From NCBI GenBank assembly GCA_003132105.1, contig PKWS01000193.1, positions 1 to 43,441 on the forward strand: 43,441 nucleotides of DNA, in the 5' to 3' direction. The notes under the pieces were generated by a model that did not search any database, was not told the origin of the DNA, and saw nothing but the letters and a program-made list of their open reading frames with translations. Both the position numbers and the translations under genes were made by a program. The stretch comes from Desulfosporosinus sp. (GTDB lineage: Bacteria > Bacillota > Desulfitobacteriia > Desulfitobacteriales > Desulfitobacteriaceae). Below, in pieces: positions 17,890 to 27,857 of this stretch. Every line of letters starts with the position of its first letter. Position 1 is the stretch's first letter.

Positions 17890-19893
17890 TTAGGCAACCT
17901 CCACCCTTAATTTTTCATCCCGCTCACTCACAATGAGCTTAATAACCTGTGACTTGATATCCATAAACCCTGTAACCGACTCCGCATTATCCACGAATAT
18001 TGGGCACGTTACCCCGTAAAACTCTGACAAGAGATTGATAATATCCAACCCAGCATTAATCTTCCCACCATTATTAGCTCCATCGAATTCAACCCAAACA
18101 CCATTCGTATTTACTAGCGTTCGGCAAATCTCTTTCTCTGTGCCATCATTCAAAATGTCGAACATCTTAAACTTAACTGTCGTAAACCTGTTGTTAATTG
18201 CATCCTCAAGCATTTTGACCTTGGCCGTTGTGAATTGTTTAATCAGGAAGTCTTGACGTTCCCATCCGCTTAATTCACCAGCCAGCTTGCTTTCTTCAGC
18301 TTTGAGTTCGTCAATCCGGACTTTGGCTTTTGCGACGACTTCCTTTTGATTAAGGGTTTTGTTTAGGCTGTCAATTTCGGAAGTTAACTCTCGTTTTTTG
18401 GTTAGAAGTTCGGTGGTTGTGTCCTCGATAGGCTTGTCCAGTTCAGCTTTAAGGGCTTGGAGTTCGGCATCTAACGAGGAATATTTGGCATCATCGTGAT
18501 AATTAACAACGATTGGAGCGTTTCTGCTTATCTCAATTTCCTTTTCGAGTTCGGCAATCCGTTCATTAGCAAGTGATAAATTCGCTTTATTGTTTTCGGC
18601 TGAGTTATCCAAAGCCTCGTTATCAAGCTTGAGTTGCGCTAATGATTTGGATAGGGGAATTCCCTCAGCCTGAATACTCTTGAGTAGTGCGTTTTTCTTT
18701 GAGGTGAAATTAGCTTGGAGTTCAGCAAGTTTTGCTTCCTTATCCCCTTCCGGAAGTGCCTGTCCACAAGTTGGGCAATTGAAACTGTCCTCAGTAGGGG
18801 GAACATAAACCGTCTTGAATTCCTCAGCATACTTTGCCCTTAGACTAACTAGATTGTTCTCGATGCTTTCCACCTGTAATTTACTGGAGAGTTGTTTTCT
18901 CTCTTGAGCTTTGAGTTCCGTTTCAAGCCGATACTTTTCAGAATCCAACTTTGTTTTTTCATCAACCAGTTTTTTTGCCCCAGCGTTTGCATCAACCTTG
19001 AGCTCTGACATCCGAACATCAATTTCGCTCTGCAACCTATACGCCTGTTGCTGTTTCTGACGGTATAAACTAGCACCTTGGGCATTCGTAGCCAGTTCTG
19101 ATTCAATCGCATCTAGCGTGATTCTGTGACCTAGTAGAGCAGAATCTATAGCCATGTAATCCACGTTGTCCTCGGTGATAGCTCTTTGTTGCTCATTGAT
19201 CCGTGCAGGAATCCCGTCCATTTGGGATTTAGTGTTTTTGATCTTCTCAGCAATAACTAATTTATGATTATCAATCGTTCTGCCTGAATTTATGACGGCC
19301 AGTAAGTCAAGCATACTTTTGTCGCCAATCGTTACGGCAGAATCAATAACATCCGAATCCGACACATCCCCAGATATTTCAAAGAGGATCTTTCTCCGTT
19401 CCTGCCATCCAAAACCCTTTTCATTAGTGTTGAAGAAGAGGGGATTTGTGAGCAACTTGAAGATATTTTCCTTGATGATTGAACCGATTTCTATTGCGTA
19501 GTCTTTGGCTTTGGTCGGCACATCGTTAACCCAGTAAGAAGTTTCGTTGCCAGTGAAATCTACGGATTTTGTCTTTTGGTTTTTGGTCCACTTTTCGGAG
19601 AGTTGGCGTTTTAGCTTCAGGGTTTTTCCATTAATAGTTAAGACAACCTCAGCGATTGATTCTAAATGATGGCACTCGTTACCATCCTCATCCTGCGGTT
19701 TAATTTGATAATCTGAGCGATTAGCCGAATCTTTACCGAACAAAATCCATAAAAACAGGTCGTAGGTGCTACTTTTACCAGTTGCATTTCTTCCAAAAAT
19801 GTCAGTGTTTTTACCATCAAAGTTTATGGCGTAATCCTCAAAGCCTTTGATGTTTTTGAATGATAGGGATTGTAGGAGAATATCAGTTTGCAT
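17890..19893 (-). CDS. SbcC/Rad50-like coiled-coil ATPase
   Basis: GRNATGKS Walker A, coiled coils with CPTC hook, IFVDNAES Walker B. Confidence 0.9.
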   Translation of the reverse strand: MQTDILLQSLSFKNIKGFEDYAINFDGKNTDIFGRNATGKSSTYDLFLWILFGKDSANRSDYQIKPQDEDGNECHHLESIAEVVLTINGKTLKLKRQLSEKWTKNQKTKSVDFTGNETSYWVNDVPTKAKDYAIEIGSIIKENIFKLLTNPLFFNTNEKGFGWQERRKILFEISGDVSDSDVIDSAVTIGDKSMLDLLAVINSGRTIDNHKLVIAEKIKNTKSQMDGIPARINEQQRAITEDNVDYMAIDSALLGHRITLDAIESELATNAQGASLYRQKQQQAYRLQSEIDVRMSELKVDANAGAKKLVDEKTKLDSEKYRLETELKAQERKQLSSKLQVESIENNLVSLRAKYAEEFKTVYVPPTEDSFNCPTCGQALPEGDKEAKLAELQANFTSKKNALLKSIQAEGIPLSKSLAQLKLDNEALDNSAENNKANLSLANERIAELEKEIEISRNAPIVVNYHDDAKYSSLDAELQALKAELDKPIEDTTTELLTKKRELTSEIDSLNKTLNQKEVVAKAKVRIDELKAEESKLAGELSGWERQDFLIKQFTTAKVKMLEDAINNRFTTVKFKMFDILNDGTEKEICRTLVNTNGVWVEFDGANNGGKINAGLDIINLLSEFYGVTCPIFVDNAESVTGFMDIKSQVIKLIVSERDEKLRVEVA

Positions 19894-19922
19894 TTTCTTC
19901 CTCCAATTTAATTTTATTTTCC

Positions 19923-20465
19923 TTATACTCCTGCAACATGTGAAGCTAACATATCAGCCTGATGCGTCCACAATACATTCGGATATTTGCCAATGGCCCG
20001 ATTGTAATAATTCCACTCTTCCTTATCCGTAAATGCTCCCATGTGATACCGGATACATAAGATTTCCTCTTCGGTAAGTTGCATAAGCGTGGATAGAATC
20101 ATAACTGACTTATCGCCATGACCTTTGATTAAGGGTTCTTCGTTATGGACCCATCCAAAAGGATTTTCTGGATCTACTTTGTAAGAATCCATCTTGCATA
20201 AATCATGAAACATGCCGACGATATAAGGGCTTTCCACGCGAATCCATGTAAGTCTGTTTCGTAGGGAAAGATCAACGAGTTCATTCATCGTTTGTAACGA
20301 ATGGTCGAATAATCCACCCTCATAGTTTCCGTGATACTTAGTCGATGCCGGTGCAGTAAAAAAACCATTATTTTTCAAATTGACCATCATACCAATCGTA
20401 TCGCCAATTGTTTTTGGCAATGAAGAAATGAACTCTTCTTCTCTATCTACCGATGTCTTATCCAT
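19923..20465 (-). CDS. HD-domain hydrolase
   Basis: APAST.YH...GGL..HS, HDLCK, HMG and HQAD motifs. Confidence 0.88.
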   Translation of the reverse strand: MDKTSVDREEEFISSLPKTIGDTIGMMVNLKNNGFFTAPASTKYHGNYEGGLFDHSLQTMNELVDLSLRNRLTWIRVESPYIVGMFHDLCKMDSYKVDPENPFGWVHNEEPLIKGHGDKSVMILSTLMQLTEEEILCIRYHMGAFTDKEEWNYYNRAIGKYPNVLWTHQADMLASHVAGV

Positions 20466-20477
20466 GATTTAACCTCC

Positions 20478-21350
20478 TTAAAAAATCCGGTTGATCACTT
20501 CAAACAAGTAACTGTTATCAACCTTGAATTCGGGATCATCTTCGGTCTTTTTCTTTATGGCATCTATCGCCATTGAGAAGTAAGCACTATCCACGCCTGT
20601 CAACTGTTCTTCCAAAACGTTGACATCCAGAAGGTTCATGATATTGAGCTGCAAAGCCATCTTTAGAAACTGACCAGCATTTATAGACCAACCTCTTTGG
20701 ATAAACTTCCTAGTTCTCATAATCGAAGCCAAAGGGTATTTACTACCCTGATAAATCAACTCCTTAGTCAAAATGGCTTCTAATGCTTTTGCAGGGAGAA
20801 CAAGGTTTCCGTTTTTTGATTCCCAATAACAAGTCGCATGAACAAAATCGTAGTTGCTGTGAATTTCATCAGCCTCGCCGTAAAAGCGGATTATCAATTG
20901 CACTTTGTTCGATAGGGTAATAGCATTTGAGGAAAGGAATATTGGTCTGTATTCGGGCTTTTCTTCGGCTTTTGCCTCTTCAATAGCTTCTGAAAGTGCT
21001 ATGTTGTCGAACTCTTCAACCGCCTCTTCGCTTTCCGTTTCCCCTGCTACGCCTTTACTTGATATAAAGATTCTCACTCTGCCATTTTCCAAAGTTTGGA
21101 CCTCAGCCGACTGCTTATTTAGTTTGCCGAATTGCTTTGCGTAATAGTGAGCCACTTTTTCACAAGTGTTCTTATCAGTAAAGTAGTAGTCAAAATCGTT
21201 GACATCCTCACCAAGTAGCATTGAAACGATTGAACCGCCTGTGATGATGGAGTTTTTATCAACTAGCTTTCTGACTTCCTCATCCTGAATTGATGCAACG
21301 AAGTCCTTGTGCTTTTTGGTTAAGACCGCTTTGATTGTTTTAGCCTTCAT
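20478..21350 (-). CDS. Nucleotidyltransferase-superfamily-like protein
   Basis: ITGGSI...VNDFDYYF (GG/DxD), YDF and R.RKF..RGW motifs. Confidence 0.6.
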   Translation of the reverse strand: MKAKTIKAVLTKKHKDFVASIQDEEVRKLVDKNSIITGGSIVSMLLGEDVNDFDYYFTDKNTCEKVAHYYAKQFGKLNKQSAEVQTLENGRVRIFISSKGVAGETESEEAVEEFDNIALSEAIEEAKAEEKPEYRPIFLSSNAITLSNKVQLIIRFYGEADEIHSNYDFVHATCYWESKNGNLVLPAKALEAILTKELIYQGSKYPLASIMRTRKFIQRGWSINAGQFLKMALQLNIMNLLDVNVLEEQLTGVDSAYFSMAIDAIKKKTEDDPEFKVDNSYLFEVINRIF

Positions 21351-21598
21351 TTTTCAACAACCTCCTGATATTTATCGTTTCTCCCCTGTCCCCAGCCAGC
21401 GCAATTATCGCCTTGAGCAACCATTTTGCCAGCGTTTACTTTGGCATCAAGGACTTTGTTTAATTCTGTATGTTTGGCACATTCAAAACCCTGTGGCCCG
21501 ACTACTAAGTATCTGCAACATTCATTTCCTTGTCCGATCTTACAGACTTGTCTGAGATGGATTTCTGATATTTTCATTTCGCTTGCTCCTTCCACCAA
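21347..21598 (-). CDS. Small Cys-rich hypothetical protein
   Basis: CKIGQG..CCRYL and GDNC motifs. Confidence 0.65.
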   Translation of the reverse strand: MVEGASEMKISEIHLRQVCKIGQGNECCRYLVVGPQGFECAKHTELNKVLDAKVNAGKMVAQGDNCAGWGQGRNDKYQEVVEK

Positions 21599-21942
21599 AT
21601 AGGCTTATTGCCATTCTTGAATACCGGATAACCATCTTTCCAACCTTCAACAATGTAGAACGGTTTAAATAACTGCTTTGCCAGATCCATTTCCCTGCGA
21701 CATCCTTCCGATGTTTCCCATTCGCCGAAGAAGAATATACAATCAGCCACCTCAATAAGCTCGTCACAGAACTCCATAGCCCGATTTCTTTCTTCTGGAA
21801 CATGATCGTTGGTAAAACTGAACGCATGGACAGGAGATATTGGGATAACCCCAAAATTCATAAAACGCTGGCAAATATGTGTTATTGCTTGGAAGTTAGA
21901 ACGTTTTCCACCGAAGGGATGAGCCACATAAATTTTCTTCAC
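21574..21942 (-). CDS. DUF4406 / nucleoside 2-deoxyribosyltransferase-like protein
   Basis: KIYVAHPF, PISP.H and WETSEGC.RE motifs; GTG start after GGAGG. Confidence 0.75.
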   Translation of the reverse strand: MKKIYVAHPFGGKRSNFQAITHICQRFMNFGVIPISPVHAFSFTNDHVPEERNRAMEFCDELIEVADCIFFFGEWETSEGCRREMDLAKQLFKPFYIVEGWKDGYPVFKNGNKPIWWKEQAK

Positions 21943-22117
21943 TCTGGCTTGTCCTCCTTGTAATCGTTTCCTTCCCAGCATTCCTGACAGTGATCCCCAT
22001 CACAAGTGTTGTGCCAGTCATACCCATAATCCTGAACGCATTCATTATCCATAAGGTCGTCACTTGATTTTCCAGACTGACTAGAAATTCGATCAACAAT
22101 TCTCACGATTTACCTCC

Positions 22118-22858
22118 TTACAGTGCACACATACATGGGATTCCTTCTTGATCTCCAAACAGGTCCATTTGATCTGGTTCACTTGCCCACTTTTCCGCAA
22201 GTTCGTCTAAACTAAACCCATTAAATACTGTGTTTGAGCATCTACGTTCTGCTGTAGAGGCTCTTATGAATTGATCGGGGTAATACTTCCAAACTTTGTA
22301 CCAGTGTGCTTGACCGCCCTTATAACAAGGAATGCAGTTATTGTGACTTAGGTACATGTAGGGCTGTGGTAAACAGATTTTCCATTCTTCGCGGATAATC
22401 TTTTGGCAATCGGCACCGGTTAATTTATGGTCCATGAGGGGGAATTCAACCTTTCGCCCGTCTAATTGATTTCTCGCCCAAACTTTCTGGATCCGGCGCC
22501 ATTCATCAACGCCTAGACCTAAATACTGGATGAAGTCGATTCCCTGTTTCTCCAACCTTTTCAAGAACCTGTCCTTGGGAATTAATTTAAGTTCTGTCGT
22601 ACAAAACGGAAGATTGTTATTAGGGATATACTTTCGAGTTTCGACTAGCTCCCAAAGAGTTTTCTTTGCTGATTCGACCGTGATCGGTAATCCAATAAAC
22701 TTCGCCACTTGTTCACGGAACCTGTCTGCGTCTGGATGCTCTGCCCCGGATGGAGTGTGAAGTAAAATTGTGTCATTCGGATATTTATCTGCAACCATCT
22801 TGGCAACGACTGAACTCGCTGCGCCACCGGAAAACATTACAATGTGTTTTTGTTCCAC
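22118..22858 (-). CDS. PAPS reductase-like (PP-loop) protein
   Basis: FSGGAAS, CTTELK..P and HNNCIPC.KGG motifs. Confidence 0.8.
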   Translation of the reverse strand: MEQKHIVMFSGGAASSVVAKMVADKYPNDTILLHTPSGAEHPDADRFREQVAKFIGLPITVESAKKTLWELVETRKYIPNNNLPFCTTELKLIPKDRFLKRLEKQGIDFIQYLGLGVDEWRRIQKVWARNQLDGRKVEFPLMDHKLTGADCQKIIREEWKICLPQPYMYLSHNNCIPCYKGGQAHWYKVWKYYPDQFIRASTAERRCSNTVFNGFSLDELAEKWASEPDQMDLFGDQEGIPCMCAL

Positions 22859-23101
22859 CTTTACTACCTACTTAATGTTTTTACACATCAAGTCGGCAAC
22901 TCCATCAGCTACCCATGCCATTGCCCTGACAATGCTTTCAGCAAGCAACAACGCGACTTTATGGAGTTTTTATGCTACGAATATGCACTTTCGCGTGCCT
23001 ACCGACTAAGTAGGTTTGTCAAACTATTGGGAGGTGTTCTCTCCCTCAGCACTTGCAACCTCACTAAAGAGGATCGTAAAGGTGCGGGTCTTTGGTTTTC
23101 A

Positions 23102-23458
23102 TCATTGGGATTTTCTAGCTGAAACAAGATCGGTGGCCATCTTAACCTTGATTACCTCAGCTAATGTTGCTAAAAACTCACTGTTGGATAGATCCCTGGC
23201 TGTTCCCAAAACTTTTTTTTGCGTAAGAAAATCAGAATTAGCGCTTCCCAATGCGTGTCGGATACCTCGTTCGACGCGAGATGCAGTAGAGTTTTCCTTT
23301 TCAGCCACAGTCCCATACAGCTTAATCACCGCATAAATAGCTGAAGGGTTGTAGCGAAGAATGTTCATAGCCGTTTTGATGAACCTATAACCTTTCATGT
23401 GTACCGGGATTTCTAATTCCCGAAGAGCAGCGACAACTTCTAATTCAAATTTGTCCAT
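23102..23458 (-). CDS. Spo0A C-terminal DNA-binding-domain-only protein
   Basis: IPVHMKGY, KLY..VA, TASRVERGIRHA and NSEFLA..AE match the Spo0A effector domain; no receiver domain. Confidence 0.9.
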   Translation of the reverse strand: MDKFELEVVAALRELEIPVHMKGYRFIKTAMNILRYNPSAIYAVIKLYGTVAEKENSTASRVERGIRHALGSANSDFLTQKKVLGTARDLSNSEFLATLAEVIKVKMATDLVSARKSQ

Positions 23459-23492
23459 TGGAATTCTCCTTTCAATTGAAATTAATTAGTTA

Positions 23493-24350
23493 TCAAAAAA
23501 AGAATACGATTCTAACACTGTCAAGATCGTCGCCAGTAAGTTCTTTCAACTTTGGAATACTCCATGTGTAGAAGTTGCCAACCACATCCTTGTATCCTTC
23601 CTGCCATTGAACCCTTGTAAAGTATTGCTTGCCATCTTTTATTGGGTAACTTCTGTTGAAAATGTCGTCCATTTCCTTGTTGGATATATGGATAACGTCC
23701 CTGCCAGAAATATCACCGCAATACGATTCAGGAATTCCCTTTTCTTTAAAAACTTTGTAATCTTCTTGACCGACCATTCCGTAATGGATGCTACCCTCTT
23801 CCCAATGTTGGAAATTTACAAGCTGTCTGACGGTATGGTATGAATGGCTGTGACCATCACTATCCCAATCGCCGGACCATTTTTTGTATTCTTCACTAGC
23901 ATTTTCAGGTACGCCGCGAGGTTTGAATATCGGAATGAACCCTTCGCCCGTTACGACTCCTGCGAATCCGTGACCATTACGAACATCTGCCAAAATTGCG
24001 AATAGGTCATAATTTCTACCGTCATAAATCCAATCATGATAAACTTCGGGTGCCTTGTCCCCTAGTTCGTACTTCAATTCGGATTCATATTCTTTCTGTA
24101 ATTCAAGGTCATTTTGTCGTTCGGATTCGGGATACTGTTTTTCAAGTTCTTCAAGGCTTTTCTTGAGGGATTCACCCGACTCACGTTCCAAGGCAAGCCT
24201 TTTATAATTCTCTGCCCGTTCAACTTCCCCACGCTTTTCATTTAATTTGGCATAGTAACGATTACGAGCAATGTCAGGATTAGCACCCTTTACCGCTGTC
24301 CGCTTACCGTCAATTAACTTTTCAACCATGATATGAATATCGCAACCCAT
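23493..24350 (-). CDS. Conserved hypothetical phage protein
   Basis: MGCDIH, GRNY.LF..LA.VRN, PRG.P, HSHS and RIVF motifs. Confidence 0.8.
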   Translation of the reverse strand: MGCDIHIMVEKLIDGKRTAVKGANPDIARNRYYAKLNEKRGEVERAENYKRLALERESGESLKKSLEELEKQYPESERQNDLELQKEYESELKYELGDKAPEVYHDWIYDGRNYDLFAILADVRNGHGFAGVVTGEGFIPIFKPRGVPENASEEYKKWSGDWDSDGHSHSYHTVRQLVNFQHWEEGSIHYGMVGQEDYKVFKEKGIPESYCGDISGRDVIHISNKEMDDIFNRSYPIKDGKQYFTRVQWQEGYKDVVGNFYTWSIPKLKELTGDDLDSVRIVFFF

Positions 24351-24362
24351 TAAAAATCACCC

Positions 24363-24788
24363 TCATTTCTTAATAATTACCTCTAGGTATTTCACGCCAA
24401 ACTCCAAAGCCTCTTTCCGGCTTTCCATAAACAAGTCCAACCTATCTCCATAAATTGCCCCGCCTCGATCAACGACTGTGTACTTTTTCCCAAGCTCAGG
24501 AATATAGATTTCCGTTCCAAATGGAATGCTTGAATCCGCTGCAATCGTTCTACCTTCCTGCGTATGTTCCCCATTGGCTGTGATGTGCTTGCCGTTCATT
24601 CCCCTGTCATGTGCCGTGTATGCGGTTATCCTCATAACCCTGCGTTCAATCCTCTGCACTGGTTCACTACGGCTTACCATGACCTTTGTTCTATTCTGCT
24701 GAAGAAGGTCCAACATTTGAATCTGCTTTGTCGGAGCTATCGCATCCCTCGGGTAAATAGTTATACTTGCTGCTATGATTAGTGCCAT
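24363..24788 (-). CDS. 3D-domain protein
   Basis: ITAYT, TANG, IAAD..IPFGT, VVDRGGAI.G.RLDLF motifs. Confidence 0.9.
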   Translation of the reverse strand: MALIIAASITIYPRDAIAPTKQIQMLDLLQQNRTKVMVSRSEPVQRIERRVMRITAYTAHDRGMNGKHITANGEHTQEGRTIAADSSIPFGTEIYIPELGKKYTVVDRGGAIYGDRLDLFMESRKEALEFGVKYLEVIIKK

Positions 24789-24960
24789 AATGCAAAAGCT
24801 CTTGTTGATTAGCTACCAAACCTTTCTTCCCTAAAACTTCTGTTACTGCACAAACTACTGCATATTTACAACGTTCACTTTTGCGAGGACCAGTACAACC
24901 GCCGCACATACTTAAATGGTCTAAGAATCGTGCGTACAAAAGGTTGACTCGTTCCATGCC

Positions 24961-25290
24961 CTATCCCTCCTGGCGAAGAATATCTTCCGTGGTCCAGACT
25001 TGATTTCGCGTTACTGTTTTCTTCATCATCAAATTGATAAGTGTTTCGCCTTCAACATCTATCGAGTAGTAATCTCCATCCACATCCTTGCTAACTGAAC
25101 CCCTGTATTCCTTACCTGGAAACACATCTTCTAGCAACATGTCTACCAGGTTAAAATCAGCATCAGGTTTAGATATGACGGTTACACGAAGTAATCCGTT
25201 GTGATGACCATCTATGCTCCACTGTTCGATTAATGGGTTATCGACTAAATCTTGGATAGATGAGAATTGGGTTGGTGTAAGTTTTTTCAC
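24961..25290 (-). CDS. Hypothetical protein
   Basis: GTGA overlap with the upstream gene. Confidence 0.6.
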   Translation of the reverse strand: MKKLTPTQFSSIQDLVDNPLIEQWSIDGHHNGLLRVTVISKPDADFNLVDMLLEDVFPGKEYRGSVSKDVDGDYYSIDVEGETLINLMMKKTVTRNQVWTTEDILRQEG

Positions 25291-26165
25291 TCTAATCCCC
25301 TTCCTTTCTTTGTATAATCAGGCCATGCAACCGTTGTATAAACTTGACCGTTCACCCATCTCGCAAAGTCTCTTTGATACTCACTTGTCCTGTCATAAGG
25401 CATTACGAACGATCTAATTCCTAAGCTTTTCAGCATTTCAACTCTGTATAAATCCTCGTCCTCCGTTGTGTCGTAACCGATTAAAATATAGAACATCAAC
25501 TTATAAGGCTTCATATACTTAGTTAAGGTGTTGATCCCTCTCATTACTTCTTGTTCTAGATCCATTGAGTCCCAGGCGAAACGGAACCTATAGCCCTTCC
25601 ATAATTGAACCTTAGAAAGTAATTTTGCTTTTTCGTCATCAATCAGCCGAATATCTAACCCTTGGTTAAAGTCAGTCTGGATTTTATGCTTTAAGATCTG
25701 ATTAACGATGAGTTTGAAGTGTTCCGTATCTGCAGCAAGGTTATTGTCCATGATAGTTAATCGCTCTTGACCATTCCAAAATTGATAGATGTCTGCTACT
25801 GGATGAAGTTTTCCTTCTTTTCTTGGTACGATGCAGAATCCGCACTCTCTAGTGCATCCTCTCGTAGTAAACCCCATAGCATAGTCAATTCCGTATAGGG
25901 AGTAGTCTGGATACATAGTCTCAATGCCATCATGTAATTTAATCCCTAAATTAAACCCGCTCCCCCCTTGTATCACTTCGCAATCTGGATAGTACCCATA
26001 CTTTTCAGTAGCAGTAAAAACCTTGGATGAATAGATACGTTCAGGATGGTCGAAAAGTGGATCAAACATCTTAACTTCATTTCCTATTGATTTGTGGTAA
26101 GCTGATAGTTTCATAAGAGCAAGGTTGGGTATTCTGCTATCGACATCAACTAATCCAATTTTCAC
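25287..26165 (-). CDS. Radical SAM protein
   Basis: TRGCTRECGFC (CxxxCxxC), PNLALMKLS and NQGLD motifs. Confidence 0.9.
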   Translation of the reverse strand: MKIGLVDVDSRIPNLALMKLSAYHKSIGNEVKMFDPLFDHPERIYSSKVFTATEKYGYYPDCEVIQGGSGFNLGIKLHDGIETMYPDYSLYGIDYAMGFTTRGCTRECGFCIVPRKEGKLHPVADIYQFWNGQERLTIMDNNLAADTEHFKLIVNQILKHKIQTDFNQGLDIRLIDDEKAKLLSKVQLWKGYRFRFAWDSMDLEQEVMRGINTLTKYMKPYKLMFYILIGYDTTEDEDLYRVEMLKSLGIRSFVMPYDRTSEYQRDFARWVNGQVYTTVAWPDYTKKGRGLE

Positions 26166-26424
26166 CTAGTCCCTCCAATCCGTAATAGCCCACCCATCAT
26201 TAATCCAATAAGGTTTAAAAGTCGTTTGTGCTGGTTGGAAAACTTTCGCTTGGCGTACTGGTTTGTAGAGGTATTTTTGTGCCACCGAGCTTGATACAAT
26301 CCGATCCGTGGAATTTTAAGCATCGTTCTTTGGTAAATCCGCATTCAGCGTTAAAGCATTCTGTTTTCTTTTTCCGCTCTATGTTCACAAAACTCCCTCC
26401 TAGTGGAATAGTTTGAGAAAATAG

Positions 26425-26497
26425 TGGTATACTAACTAATGAATAAATTCTCTTGGGCTCTTAGACGTTTAGACCGTCTGAGGGCTTTCTTTTTCTT
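26425..26497 (+). ncRNA. Candidate short antisense RNA (with its promoter and terminator)
   Basis: Extended -10 TGgTATACT (26425-26433), then hairpin GCTCTTAGACG/CGTCTGAGGGC and a T tract. Confidence 0.5.
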
Positions 26498-26581
26498 CCA
26501 GACATAATACTCGCAGGATGCCTGCAGGATGGCACAGAAGGTAAGTGTGTGGGCTAGAAACACGGTTTGAAAGTGTGTCAC
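26432..26581 (-). CDS. 49-aa peptide, hydrophobic N-half and basic tail (not in ORF track)
   Basis: GTG start after AAGGAGG: MTHFQTVFLAHTLTFCAILQASCEYYVWKKKKALRRSKRLRAQENLFIS. Confidence 0.55.
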   Translation of the reverse strand: MTHFQTVFLAHTLTFCAILQASCEYYVWKKKKALRRSKRLRAQENLFIS

Positions 26582-26883
26582 AGCTTGTCCCTCCTTTATT
26601 TAACTAGCTTGCTTGCGAAGTTTTTAATTAGACTTTCAGATAAAGGCCACACCAACTTTTGGTCTTTGATTGCTTTGGCTTGGATGCGCTGTGATTCCTG
26701 ATAACGAAGTCGTCTCGCTTGATCTTTACGCACTAGATTCCCCGCTTTCTGATGCTGCACTAGACCACCTACTTTTTTAGAACTTGATTGAAGAGTTGAA
26801 TATTCCGTGGGTCACTATTCCCATCCACAACTACCTTGATTCCGTTTTCCGCTACATACACAACTTGCTTTTTCATTCAAAAA

Positions 26884-27072
26884 TCACTCGCTTTCTTTTA
26901 ATTTCCGTTTTGCCAACACCCTTTGGCACGTTTCACAAGAATCACACTTCTCGCAGATTTCCGCCCTCCGACAGACCATAGCTTTCTTTAGTTCGCATCT
27001 GTCGTCTTGGTCATTACTGGTGCAGATGATCATTTCTGAACCATCTTCGTTACGGATGAAGTGGCAAGTCAT
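26884..27072 (-). CDS. Cys-rich hypothetical protein
   Basis: Start overlaps the upstream stop. Confidence 0.6.
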   Translation of the reverse strand: MTCHFIRNEDGSEMIICTSNDQDDRCELKKAMVCRRAEICEKCDSCETCQRVLAKRKLKESE

Positions 27073-27323
27073 TAGTAAGCGCTCCTTCCTCCAATCAAGT
27101 TCCTCATTTGAGCCATAAGTCTCATCATCGGATGGTTCGAACGAGCCATAGCAGAATAAATTTCAGCCTGATCTTTGCGCTTTTGTTTACGAGTCACTTT
27201 CTTGGCTCCCCAAACAAACTTCTGCACGATTCCAGGACGTTTTTTCTCCATGTAGGACCAATAAGATAGGCCTTGGATTCTTGCTTGTCGCTTGGCTTCG
27301 TTAGCTGGATTTTGCATTCTCAT
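27072..27323 (-). CDS. Basic hypothetical protein
   Basis: GAGGG RBS. Confidence 0.6.
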   Translation of the reverse strand: MRMQNPANEAKRQARIQGLSYWSYMEKKRPGIVQKFVWGAKKVTRKQKRKDQAEIYSAMARSNHPMMRLMAQMRNLIGGRSAY

Positions 27324-27345
27324 TTGCTTTCCCTCACTTAATTTT

Positions 27346-27798
27346 TTACTTCATAAATACTAACCAATGAGTTTTGCTTCTTCGATTTCCGAATAGAGGT
27401 TTTTGTTTTATGCATTTCAATATTTCTTTCAACTCAATCTGCTCTTCATTCCATTTGAATATAAGTGTGCCATTTGGCTTAAGCACTCGCATACATTCCT
27501 CGAATCCCCGTGAAATATCGCCCTTCCAATCTTGGCCTAGTTTTCCGTATTTCTTGGCCAACCAAGAATTTTCTCCGGCTTTTAGTAAATGTGGTGGGTC
27601 AAAAACCACTAAGTAAAAGGAGTTATTCTCAAAAGGAATATTCCTGAAATCAGCTACTATATCGGGATTAACCTCTAACTTTCTCCCATCGCACAACGTA
27701 TCGATTATTTGGCGATTATCCATGTAAAGCACATCACCATTCTGCTTGTTGAACCAAAACATTTTACTTCCACAGCAAGCGTCTAAAATTCGTTTCAA
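27346..27798 (-). CDS. Small SAM-dependent (amino-type DNA) methyltransferase
   Basis: ILDACCGS.MFWF, VFDPPHL and RVLKP.G motifs. Confidence 0.85.
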   Translation of the reverse strand: MKRILDACCGSKMFWFNKQNGDVLYMDNRQIIDTLCDGRKLEVNPDIVADFRNIPFENNSFYLVVFDPPHLLKAGENSWLAKKYGKLGQDWKGDISRGFEECMRVLKPNGTLIFKWNEEQIELKEILKCIKQKPLFGNRRSKTHWLVFMK

Positions 27799-27857
27799 AT
27801 TATCACCTCACTAGGCTTGTCCACCACTGGGTTATGATTGTGTGGTTTGGGGTAAAG

